Assembly (NCBI GenBank): GCA_964640175.1
Contig: CAZXFW010000002.1
Location: 70,257-134,256 of the forward strand
Direction of reading: 5' to 3'
DNA: 64,000 nucleotides
Source of the DNA: an uncultured Polyangiales bacterium
GTDB lineage: Bacteria > Myxococcota_A > Polyangia > Polyangiales > GCA-016699535
Within the stretch, counting starts at the first letter, position 1; each line of letters begins with the position of its first letter. A program made the position numbers and the translations under genes. Below are positions 38,501 to 46,541 of this stretch, in pieces. The notes under the pieces were generated by a model. It worked only from the letters and a program-made list of their open reading frames with translations. It had not been told where the DNA came from and ran no database searches.

Positions 38501-39404
38501 CCACGGGCTTACATGCTGCATAGGGGTCGCGGATCGGCGCTGCAGGCTGCGCCGTCACCAGTCCCAACGCTGGATGCTTTTCTAATGCTTCATCCGCTTT
38601 ATCTTCCGCTAAGATTTTCGATGCATCGCGACGAAAATCAAATCGATTGCCGCATACCAAACTCAGCCATGCAACGCGCGCAGCCTCAAAATTGCCTTCC
38701 TCATTAAGGCAGTATCCTATGAGATAGTAAACCCCGGCGATACGCTCATAGTCGGGAAACCGTTCAATCAGTGTTTTGTACAAACCAATCGTATCACTGT
38801 AATTTTTTTCCGGATCGTCGAGGCTCTTTGTTGTTTCACCCGCGGTTTGACGTCTATCGTTTTCCTCATTCACCCGTTCCACGTGTGCCTGATACGCCAA
38901 GGCGCTTCGCTCAAAATAGAGCTCCCCTAAACGAAATATCGCATCGGGCGTAAATCGCGGGTCATTGGGATACTCAGCGATAAACCGCTCAAACAATGCG
39001 ATAGCTTTTTGCCGAGCTTTGTCCTCTAAGTCTTCTTCAACACGAATCCTACGAGCAAATGCTTCATCCCTGGTTCGTCGTTGACGTTGATAATCACGCC
39101 TCACCACCGAAAGGACGCTAGAACGGTAGGCTCCACCGATGGACGAAAACCTCCCCACCTCTGCTTCCATTTCACGTAACGCTGCAACTTGTTCTTCTGT
39201 CGGAGGTTTTTGATCGTCTTTGACACGTGTGTCTTGCACCTGCAAAAACTCAGGAAGGGTTCCCGTTGCCTTAACGTCTTTTTGCCCACTCCACGGCAAT
39301 GGATCCTTCTTCTCAGGCTCAGACCATGCCGTATCTGGCAACAACACTGCTGCCAGGCACGCCGTCCCTGCGAGGTACATGAGGTGTCGCCACGACATTC
39401 TCAC
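35538..39404 (-). CDS. giant periplasmic TPR protein, GltD/AgmU/NfsD-like
   Basis: 1288 aa. Signal peptide (LAGTACLAAVLLPDTAWSE). YbgF/CpoB-type TPR units run along the whole length ('AIALFERFIAEYPNDPRFTPDAIFRLGELYF', etc.). GTG start overlaps the upstream stop (GTGA). Confidence 0.72.
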   Translation of the reverse strand: MRMSWRHLMYLAGTACLAAVLLPDTAWSEPEKKDPLPWSGQKDVKATGTLPEFLQVQDTRVKDDQKPPTEEQVAALREMEAEVGRFSSIGGAYRSSVLSVVRRDYQRQRRTRDEAFARRIRVEEDLEDKARQKAIALFERFIAEYPNDPRFTPDAIFRLGELYFERSALAYQAHVERVNEENDRRQTAGETTKSLDDPEKNYSDTIGLYKTLIERFPDYERIAGVYYLIGYCLNEEGNFEAARVAWLSLVCGNRFDFRRDASKILAEDKADEALEKHPALGLVTAQPAAPIRDPYAACKPVVESKDFYAETWLRVGEYHFDFDYADDALAHAISAYAKILNYPEDRVYNLALYKLAWSYYRASHYAESIQHFALLVQWSDDEKKRTGKAGTELREEAIQYLGITLAYDDWNENQVADPQEGLPTGIERIQTASILPQDREWTPEVYFQLGTVYFDEAKFPQAVAAWELALKRFPNHYRAPEIQNKIALARVQNNQLDDALLARAKLGELYREGTSWWNANMDHPREQREAEQLAQDALISSAIQHHQYAQNLRRRCVQDEKPELCQEAQLAYGSAANAYKLYIEKNPNSPQAYDLHYNWAEALYWSGQYEQAAETYAAVRDSNLDDTHLSEAARRVVESLKRIVDREAEANRLAIRTEPPSPQGNPRQVTPLPMPVLLQRLAQAREVYLARVDKEHDTESLRDSYDYNNALLLYVYGYWPHARERFARIYNDNCSGSDADETGRVAWFNLNNMAVSLNQTDEVERLSRDLQKRRCTFASGTAVARASVDCTKPANAEEPQCVATVQLSNIRYQKAVQVFDDAEKSSGQEQRRLYEEAATMLVEAVNDEPTHAQAPLALEKAAVALERTSRFESAARLYARIIDEVGSRAAKDEEEQKRLDAILSNAYFRQAYNANRFFDFGRAVGSYRALADSERFLKSTEPSVRERREDALINAARILEYQQQYAAAAEYYKRAADTIVDEEDKRAAHYRVAEMAYKQENWNLAIREMRDFIKRYKQDSKAGSVIVQAYWRIAESQKAKGTRGKEYHAALQDVVDAFASTNQARGSAAAEYAAESKFLLVDDSSESFESFTIKAGHPATMEAYIKKEISQQIGQGSKQATALAAGYDPIPAYGRPKWTIAAYVRQGRIYEVLAKAVLNMPFVMPKDINAQLKRLDPVAKEDMRVQIEDRVRQVLDEQVRAIECLAVSRYALAARAARAGSMDTEYTRVAVDRLQAYGDERIGECIEQATKQDPTFGAYQSGEFTRVPRGQTLPLPSGTALPAMEVEP

Positions 39405-41785
39405 GGCACCCCCTCCTCTTCCTTCGCTGAGCTCTCGCCCTCATCCATAATCTCTCGAAAATCGTCGTCCAAAGATTGAATTTCCCTCGCCCGATCCGTC
39501 GTCAGCGCTTCTACCTGCAACCTATGTTCCTCTCGAATTGCCCAAGCTAAATCGATTTTTCCAACATCAGAGCGCAACACAAGATCGTGAAACCGTTTCT
39601 GCAAATGGCGGAAACTTGCAAACGCCACATCACCGACTGTTCCACGCGCCTCTGTGCCAAGCTCTGCTATCTGGGCATGGTATTCTTCAAGCTTTCCAAT
39701 TTCTTCTCCCACTTTGCGCAGCATGTCATCCGCTCGCTCTTTGGCCGCGACATCCACTGTCGCATCGTAGCGATCGAGTCCCTGCTCAATAGCCTCTGCC
39801 CGTTGCAACAATTGGCTTACGCGTGGATTGACCTTAGCTCCCGACTGAGCCAGCAACACGCCCTCACGTTGAACAAGCTTTCGGTACGCATTGCGGTTAT
39901 CTTGATCGCGCTGATAACGCGCATCATCCATACCGACCCGCAACTTGGCTTGTTCAATGACTGACCGGAATGCAGTGATCTGCCGCTCATACTCGGCGAC
40001 ACGCTGTTCTTGCTGTTGCAACTCAGTCGCCATCGCAGCGCGGCGTGACTCGTTCTCAATCAACTCTTTGGGTGGCCTTTTGGCAATCGTACGCAGCGCC
40101 GCTAGCCTGGCATGAATCCCAGAAATCTCCACTTCCAATTCCTTCAGCGTTCTCAAAAGCGCCGAATAACTATTACGAGCAACATGCTCTCTTTCATCGA
40201 GAGCTTCCTGGCTCTGAGGAATGTGCCGAAGCAAGGCCTCCAAGCGTGCTCGTTCGGAACGAATGCCCACGATTTCCGACTGAGCGCTTGAAATCCGCTG
40301 ATAAGAACCTGCCACTTTAACACGCACCCTGTGAAGCCGATTGTGAAGCAATACACTTTGTTCACGAAGCAATCGCAGATCCGCAAAAATATTAACGCGA
40401 TTTTCGGCCTGCAATGCCCCGTGCAAGCGCTCCACAAGCCGTTCCATTTCTTTTAATGCTTGATTGGATTCATTAAAATCTTCAATAACCCCGAACGCTC
40501 GTTTCATGTTGTCGTCAGGCTCAGCCCACAACAACGCTTTTTGTGGAATAAAGGTGTGCAGCTCAAGCGCGTCGAGGTTTTCTTGTACCAAGTTATGGAA
40601 ATACGCCCTTGGATCCTCATGACGCTCAATGACAGCCTGAAGTTGCTTACTCACAGGATGGATCGCCGCAATGACATCGCCGAATATCTTTTCAGATTCC
40701 CTAAATCTTCCATCCCGAAGCAACAGATTGCCCCGCAAGAGTTTCGCATCCGGAATGTAGCGGCTTTGAGGTGCTGCCAACGCAAGCACTTCCAAAGCCC
40801 TCTCCGCTCGTAAGCCATCCCCTTGTCGAATGTATACCCACGCGACTTCATACAATGCCGTGTCAAAATATTGAGACGTACGTGGCACCGATTGGTATGC
40901 ACGCGCCGCACTGTTGAGCTTAACGGTCTCATAATAAATCCGTCCCAACGATAGGAACGCGAGATCACGAACAGCCTGCGCCTTGTTGGCACCGCTTTGC
41001 GGTTTCGTGGCTTTCTCAAACGCCTTAACTGCATTTGAATAATCACCTCTCAAGGTAAAAATCACCCCCATAAAATAATCCGCGTGGGGGCGATAACTGC
41101 TTTTTAAAGGAACCGCATTAAACGCAGCTTGCGCCTGGTTTAGCTCAGCGTCATTGCGAATCAACGCGGAGCCTTTAAAATCATCCGCGGACACCGACAG
41201 ATCAGGCTCAACCACTCGATTGTAAAGATACTTGGCCTTCAAATACAACGTTGCCGCTTCGATTTTTGAGGGAGGAATTTGGTTGAGTTTGTCGAAATAC
41301 GCTTCAACCCCTCGAAAGTCACGCGCACGTAATGCAATATCAATGAGACGTCCCAGCGCACGTTGAACAAAAGGTTGATAGGCTTGTTGTTCGCTGTGTT
41401 CCAATATCTGACGAAACCGCGTACGTGCTCCGTAAATATCACCAGCGTTGTACAGCGCCTCACCAAGCAGCATCAACGCACTCGGATACGCTCGATGCGT
41501 CGGATAAGACTCCACAATATCCGTCAGAATAACGCTAGCACGCATGTAATCCTTGAGACGGTAAAACAGTTCACCGTCCGCAAGGCGCTCTTCGACATAG
41601 GTAGGCCCTTTTAATTTTTGCGTTCGCAGCGGCTGATTGCGCAAACGAAACGCACGGCTATCGATGTCGACAAGCTCACGCTCCGACGCATCCAGATTTT
41701 GAGCAACCGCTGAAGACACCCCGACCAACATCGCGGTGGCGAGCAAGCTCAGCAGCAGCCAACGACGCGGCTGCCCGTCCACCAT
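39401..41785 (-). CDS. exported TPR + long coiled-coil protein (GltC/NfsC position)
   Basis: 794 aa. Signal (LLSLLATAMLVGVSSAVAQ), an N-terminal ~420 aa of TPR units, and a C-terminal ~350 aa heptad-rich coiled coil with an acidic tail. Confidence 0.6.
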   Translation of the reverse strand: MVDGQPRRWLLLSLLATAMLVGVSSAVAQNLDASERELVDIDSRAFRLRNQPLRTQKLKGPTYVEERLADGELFYRLKDYMRASVILTDIVESYPTHRAYPSALMLLGEALYNAGDIYGARTRFRQILEHSEQQAYQPFVQRALGRLIDIALRARDFRGVEAYFDKLNQIPPSKIEAATLYLKAKYLYNRVVEPDLSVSADDFKGSALIRNDAELNQAQAAFNAVPLKSSYRPHADYFMGVIFTLRGDYSNAVKAFEKATKPQSGANKAQAVRDLAFLSLGRIYYETVKLNSAARAYQSVPRTSQYFDTALYEVAWVYIRQGDGLRAERALEVLALAAPQSRYIPDAKLLRGNLLLRDGRFRESEKIFGDVIAAIHPVSKQLQAVIERHEDPRAYFHNLVQENLDALELHTFIPQKALLWAEPDDNMKRAFGVIEDFNESNQALKEMERLVERLHGALQAENRVNIFADLRLLREQSVLLHNRLHRVRVKVAGSYQRISSAQSEIVGIRSERARLEALLRHIPQSQEALDEREHVARNSYSALLRTLKELEVEISGIHARLAALRTIAKRPPKELIENESRRAAMATELQQQEQRVAEYERQITAFRSVIEQAKLRVGMDDARYQRDQDNRNAYRKLVQREGVLLAQSGAKVNPRVSQLLQRAEAIEQGLDRYDATVDVAAKERADDMLRKVGEEIGKLEEYHAQIAELGTEARGTVGDVAFASFRHLQKRFHDLVLRSDVGKIDLAWAIREEHRLQVEALTTDRAREIQSLDDDFREIMDEGESSAKEEEGVP

Positions 41786-42645
41786 CAGTCCGCTCCTCGG
41801 CCCTCAGGCCCCTGCGCACCACGTCGTGCGGATGTGACTTTTTCCGTAAACCGGATGGCAGGACGATCCTGCAACGGGGCCGTGGGGCCGCCTTTTTCAT
41901 AGGCAATCACGCGCACGGAAATGCCTTTGCCTTCAGGCGCCGTGAACGTGTGATTGGAACGAACTTTGAAGCGGTAACCTTTTAAATAGGAAAACACGCC
42001 AAAGCCGTAACCTTGGTATTCAAGATTGACCGTTAAGGTGTGTTCCCCAGGCACGATACTGCCGTAATACACATCCACGGCTTCCTGTTCTCCTAACGAG
42101 CCTTCTTCATCCGCCTTGGAAAAGATCGGAGCCCCATCCAACGCGTAAACGGCCTTGACCAGTCGATACGACGAGGACATGTGGTTTTCATGGGTAATCA
42201 CTGCTTGTGATCCTGCAACCACGCCCTGCAACACCGTTTCCGCCAATAGCGACAGCCGTGCCTTGGACCGAAAAATCTGTTCCTTAAGCTCGTTGATGCG
42301 TTGCTCCAGATCCCGCAATTTAACCGCATAGGTGCTTGCGTTCATTTCTACGGCGGTCGGAACCGCGCTGTCTTTGCCTGGCTCTGGCGTCGCCGCCTTG
42401 GAAGACGTTGTCGTCTCGCTGGATGCACTTGGCACTGACGTGGAGTCAGCGGCAGCAGCGGGCGCGCTTGGGTCACTCGGCGTGCTCGGTGCACCCGAGG
42501 TGCTCGGCTTAGTCGGGCTTGCCTTACTCGGCGTACTCGGCTCCGGGCTCTGCGCCAACACCACGCCATGCATCGCCAATAACCCGGTGAGCCACAGCCA
42601 CAGGATCCCGTGTTTGTACAACCCGCCTACCGGCTTGCCACGCAT
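41785..42645 (-). CDS. hypothetical secreted protein (P/S/T/A linker, short coiled coil, beta-rich C-domain); first gene of the operon
   Basis: 286 aa. Signal (ILWLWLTGLLAMHGVVLAQ), a low-complexity 'PSTPSKASPTKPSTSGAPSTPSDPSAPAAA' stretch, and 'LRDLEQRINELKEQIFRSKARL'. Its stop overlaps the next start by 1 nt (TGATG). Confidence 0.55.
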   Translation of the reverse strand: MRGKPVGGLYKHGILWLWLTGLLAMHGVVLAQSPEPSTPSKASPTKPSTSGAPSTPSDPSAPAAAADSTSVPSASSETTTSSKAATPEPGKDSAVPTAVEMNASTYAVKLRDLEQRINELKEQIFRSKARLSLLAETVLQGVVAGSQAVITHENHMSSSYRLVKAVYALDGAPIFSKADEEGSLGEQEAVDVYYGSIVPGEHTLTVNLEYQGYGFGVFSYLKGYRFKVRSNHTFTAPEGKGISVRVIAYEKGGPTAPLQDRPAIRFTEKVTSARRGAQGPEGRGAD

Positions 42646-42683
42646 TAAACCATCGCCTTTCTCACGCCTTTTAGGCGCCTCAG

Positions 42684-42711
42684 CTTATACCAAGGGGATC
42701 GATAGGGTCAA
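42684..42711 (-). promoter_or_regulatory. candidate sigma-70-type promoter for the nine-gene operon
   Basis: On the minus strand: TTGACC (42711-42706), a 16-nt spacer, then TATAAG (42689-42684). This sits about 40 nt upstream of the ATG at 42645. Hexamer match by eye only. Confidence 0.3.
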
Positions 42712-42805
42712 CGCAAGAAGACGCGATTCATAAGGACGACACGATCGCCATGGTTTAACCACATACGATCGTCATCGCATTCACAAGCGTGCTATAGAAG
42801 CCTCT

Positions 42806-44224
42806 GTGCCTACCACTCTTCTTGTCATTGACGATGAGCGGAATATTCGCCGCATGCTCCAAATGATCCTGACAGGCGAAGGGTTTCATGTTCGTGAAGC
42901 CGAAACCGCCGAACAAGGCCTGCACATTCTGGAAAACGAAGACATCGACGCCGTCATCTTAGATGTACGACTTCCTGGCATGAGCGGCCTCGATGCGCTC
43001 AGCGCAATTCGTCAGCGCCCTACCGGTGGTCACATCCCTGTCTTAATGATTTCCGGACATGCCGGCGTTCAAGACGCAGTGCGCGCCGTACAGCTTGGCG
43101 CCACGGATTTCTTTGAAAAACCTCTCGACAGAGAACGCATTCTCGTCAGCGTACGCAACGCGTTAAAAACATACCAACTTCAACGTGAAGTTGAACAACT
43201 CAGACAACAGCATAGCAGCCGCGACGAAATCCTTGGCCACAGCCGTGCAATTCGCGACATACTTGCTCAGATTGCCAAAGTCGCCCCGACCCAAGGTCGC
43301 GTCCTTATAACGGGAGAAAGTGGTACCGGAAAAGAACTCATCGCGCGGGCTCTTCACCGGCAAAGTCAACGATCCAAAGGACCCTTCATTAAAGTTAACT
43401 GTGCTGCCATTCCTGCTGAACTCATTGAAAGCGAGCTTTTTGGCTATGAAAAAGGTGCGTTTACAGGCGCCCAAAAGTCACGCAAGGGGTTGTTTGAAGC
43501 TGCCAGTCAAGGCACGTTATTTTTAGACGAAATCGGTGACATGAGCCTGCAAGCTCAAGCCAAGGTGCTCCGCGCCCTTCAAAACGGCGAAATCACGCGC
43601 GTGGGCTCCGAAGAGCCTGTGATCGTCGATGTTCGAGTGATTGCCGCAACGCATCGCAACTTGCAGCAAGAGGTGACCGACGGACGTTTCCGTGAAGACC
43701 TTTTCTTTCGACTCAATGTGATTCCTATTCATAGCCCTGCACTTCGCGAACGTCGTGACGACATTCCTTTGCTAACCAAAGCATTTCTCAACGAGTTCGC
43801 TCTCGAAAACGGCATCAAAGAGACACCCATCGACCCGGCGGTGTTCGATGCGTTGCAAACACGCGAATGGCCGGGCAACATTCGTGAACTCAAAAATGTG
43901 GTCGAACGGATGGCAATTCTGAGCACAGGCCGCATTGTCCTTGGGGATGTGCCACCGCCACTGCAAACGGGCTCAGCCCATGAGAAAGCTCCCGTATCCC
44001 CTGAACCTGCCGCCTCCCCTTTTTCGCCCCCAAGCCCTGCAGTTTCATTGCCTCCCCATGGCGAGCAGGTCAGCCTGCGGGAGTTCCGCCAGCAAGCCGA
44101 ACGGGTCTACATTACACACGTACTGAATTTTTACAATTGGAACGTATCTAAGGCGGCGTCTGCGTTGGGGCTAGAACGCACCAATTTGCATAAAAAAATG
44201 CGCAATTACGACATCAGCCGCTGA
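42806..44224 (+). CDS. sigma-54-dependent response regulator (NtrC family enhancer-binding protein)
   Basis: 472 aa. Receiver domain ('LVIDDE...DAVILDVRLPGMSGL'), AAA+ domain ('GESGTGKELIARALH', 'GAFTGA', 'FREDLFFRL') and a C-terminal Fis-type HTH ('WNVSKAASALGLERTNLHKKM'). GTG start. Confidence 0.9.
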   Translation: MPTTLLVIDDERNIRRMLQMILTGEGFHVREAETAEQGLHILENEDIDAVILDVRLPGMSGLDALSAIRQRPTGGHIPVLMISGHAGVQDAVRAVQLGATDFFEKPLDRERILVSVRNALKTYQLQREVEQLRQQHSSRDEILGHSRAIRDILAQIAKVAPTQGRVLITGESGTGKELIARALHRQSQRSKGPFIKVNCAAIPAELIESELFGYEKGAFTGAQKSRKGLFEAASQGTLFLDEIGDMSLQAQAKVLRALQNGEITRVGSEEPVIVDVRVIAATHRNLQQEVTDGRFREDLFFRLNVIPIHSPALRERRDDIPLLTKAFLNEFALENGIKETPIDPAVFDALQTREWPGNIRELKNVVERMAILSTGRIVLGDVPPPLQTGSAHEKAPVSPEPAASPFSPPSPAVSLPPHGEQVSLREFRQQAERVYITHVLNFYNWNVSKAASALGLERTNLHKKMRNYDISR

Positions 44225-44257
44225 GCCATTGTGCCCCATAACGGCCCCGGGTGAATT

Positions 44258-45229
44258 TCAGTAGAGCTTAACCAGCGTGGGCGAGCCGACCACTGTGCCC
44301 GTCAGTGCCTCAAGCTCCACATTCTTTCCGCTGTAAACCAAATCCAACCTAGGCACGACTTCGTAAATGCCAGGGGAGCGGAAGAACCCTGGACAGAAGG
44401 CTTGAGCCTCAAGCCAATGCCTTACCGCTTGTTTGGGAGTGATCGCATGGAAAAAATCTCGGACGGGGGATATTTTCAGACGCTCAATGCCACATTCCAC
44501 GGTGCGTGAAGGGCCATGCACTCGAAAGCTGTATTGATCTGGCCGCACATACACATACGCACGCCCTTCTTTGGCTCGCACGCTTACGGCAAACTGCAAA
44601 TAGCCACCTGCTCTGCGTACCACAGGCGCCATGCCCAGCACCGCGGGACCTTCGCCAGGAATCTTTGGCTCAGACCCTATGACAAACGGTGCCCCTTGAA
44701 GCTGGTGAAGTGGCTCAGCAAGGCGGTCGGTAGCCCGTGCAACCCATCCCCCGGAGTTTCGACGGGCCCGCCACCCATAATAAGGCCTGAGCATGGCGCC
44801 TTTGGCCAAAACTTTGAGCGCCTGACCTTTGCAGTACATGCGAAGATCCACCTCTTCTTGCCACGCATCGGGATCCTGCGCATGCGTCATGCTCAAGTGT
44901 TTAAGCAGTTTGCGCCCAGGCTGCTGCTTTGGCGCCCGTGGATGGACACATCGCCACGTTCTGGAAGAATCCAAAGGTTCAATGACAAACGACACTAGCC
45001 GTGGATCGCCATACACTTCTGCGCTCTTGAACTGTGCAAGCTTCAGACGCACGGCCACACGGTAATGATATTGGGTCGCACTCAGCCCTGTGTCGTCTTG
45101 AGGGCGCTCCACCGATAGCGTCAGCCCTTCTTCAACGTTTGGCTCCTCTTTTGCGTGCCCTTTCCCCACATTAACGAAAGAGCCACCCAAGAAGATGACT
45201 AAAAAACCTACACAACGCATGTCTGTCAT
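44258..45229 (-). CDS. hypothetical secreted protein
   Basis: 323 aa. Signal (CVGFLVIFLGGSFVNVGKGHA). Its start overlaps the HD gene stop by 4 nt. No family recognised. Confidence 0.5.
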   Translation of the reverse strand: MTDMRCVGFLVIFLGGSFVNVGKGHAKEEPNVEEGLTLSVERPQDDTGLSATQYHYRVAVRLKLAQFKSAEVYGDPRLVSFVIEPLDSSRTWRCVHPRAPKQQPGRKLLKHLSMTHAQDPDAWQEEVDLRMYCKGQALKVLAKGAMLRPYYGWRARRNSGGWVARATDRLAEPLHQLQGAPFVIGSEPKIPGEGPAVLGMAPVVRRAGGYLQFAVSVRAKEGRAYVYVRPDQYSFRVHGPSRTVECGIERLKISPVRDFFHAITPKQAVRHWLEAQAFCPGFFRSPGIYEVVPRLDLVYSGKNVELEALTGTVVGSPTLVKLY

Positions 45230-46533
45230 GGGAATACATCCTCAACCGCAGCTCGCACACGGTCACGAATGCTCTCAGGATAAATCAACCGAGGCTGAAC
45301 AATGACTTTATTGCGCAACTGTCCCAGGAGAAATGACATGTCCCCAAGCCGCTTTAAGGGCTGATGACGCAACTTAACCCATATCCCTTCGGACGATGCG
45401 TCCGTAGGTTCGGCATAAGGAACGTCGGATGTCTCATCGAGCCACACCCACAAATCCTCGCGCAACCCTTGCTTGTGCGCAATTTCTTGCACCCGCTCCC
45501 AAAGGAGCTTCCTTAATGCTTCGTGCTCCGGCTGCGCAGAAAGAGGCAGTGTTTTAGGCAGCCGACGATTTAAAAAACACTCACAAAACTCTGCCAAGGA
45601 TGGATCAGGCCCATGACGCCAGAGCGAAAAACATGAAAGCAGCGTAGCGTCATCAAGCTCTAAGTAGTCAGACAACACCATGGGCTCTCCCAACGCGGCT
45701 GTTTTTAACGCGCGTGGAACTGCCGGAAGCGATGTCCCATCCCGCAGCAACTCTCCCACACGCGCAAATAAGCCGCGCACCAAGCTCTCGGCTGCCCGCG
45801 TTGCTTTGTGATGGTAAACCTGTTGATACATGAAGTGCCGTGCAATAAAAAAGCCTTCAATCGACGGCAAGCCTTTGCGCCCTTCAATTGAAACCACCCA
45901 TGTCCCATCAGCAAGTTGTCCAAAACACAACGCCCGAAGCAGCCAATCCAAATCAAACAGACCGTAACGCACACCGGTAAGCTGGCTATCGCGTAGAAGA
46001 TAATCGCATCGGTCCACATCCAACATACCACTGATTGCGCGTGCCAAATAAGGCAATCGATGCTCCCCACGAAGTAAGGCCGCCACCCGCCCAGGCATCT
46101 GCGGATCGATGCCACAAAGCGCCTGATTCACTTGTGTGGAAGAATCAAGCACGATGTCGCAGCCCCAATCCTCATGAGAACGTGCATGAGGCAGCACCTC
46201 TTCAAACAAATGCGAAAACGGTCCATGGCCAATGTCGTGCAAAAACGCCGCTACAAACGCATCAAGCTCATCTTCTGGCGACATGCGCATCGATAGGGGC
46301 AACGCGTCCTGCGTCTCCCGGAGCCGCTCTGTTAGGCGCACCATGACATGCGCTGCACCCAACGCATGGGAAAAGCGTGAATGCTCTGCACCTGGAAACA
46401 CAAGCGATGCAAGCCCAAGCTGCCTGACGCGACGCAGCCGCTGCACTTCACGTGTCTCCAAAAGCGCCATGATCGTTGTTTCGACGGCACCTTCAAGTAC
46501 AATCAAACCATGGACTGCGTCACGTAATAACAT
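45226..46533 (-). CDS. HD-domain phosphohydrolase (dNTP triphosphohydrolase/SAMHD1-like, COG1078-like)
   Basis: Contains 'RVRQLGL', 'EHSRFSHALGAAHV' and 'AAFLHDIGHGPFSH'. Start placed at the internal Met (MLLRDAVHG), 8 nt after the HIT gene stop. The ORF track extends to 46623. Confidence 0.78.
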   Translation of the reverse strand: MLLRDAVHGLIVLEGAVETTIMALLETREVQRLRRVRQLGLASLVFPGAEHSRFSHALGAAHVMVRLTERLRETQDALPLSMRMSPEDELDAFVAAFLHDIGHGPFSHLFEEVLPHARSHEDWGCDIVLDSSTQVNQALCGIDPQMPGRVAALLRGEHRLPYLARAISGMLDVDRCDYLLRDSQLTGVRYGLFDLDWLLRALCFGQLADGTWVVSIEGRKGLPSIEGFFIARHFMYQQVYHHKATRAAESLVRGLFARVGELLRDGTSLPAVPRALKTAALGEPMVLSDYLELDDATLLSCFSLWRHGPDPSLAEFCECFLNRRLPKTLPLSAQPEHEALRKLLWERVQEIAHKQGLREDLWVWLDETSDVPYAEPTDASSEGIWVKLRHQPLKRLGDMSFLLGQLRNKVIVQPRLIYPESIRDRVRAAVEDVFP

Positions 46534-46541
46534 GGGCAGAA

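Noticed and set aside
29545-42645. The Glt-like cluster as a tRNA-Val-integrated genomic island
   Set aside because: I saw no integrase, transposase or direct repeat of the tRNA 3' end by eye. Composition and codon style look like the rest of the window.
42646-42805. Search for a sigma-54 -24/-12 promoter (TGGCAC-N5-TTGC) upstream of the nine-gene operon
   Set aside because: The best candidate on the minus strand (TGGCGA-tcgtg-TCGT) misses key positions. I did not call it. A PWM scan is needed for a definitive answer.
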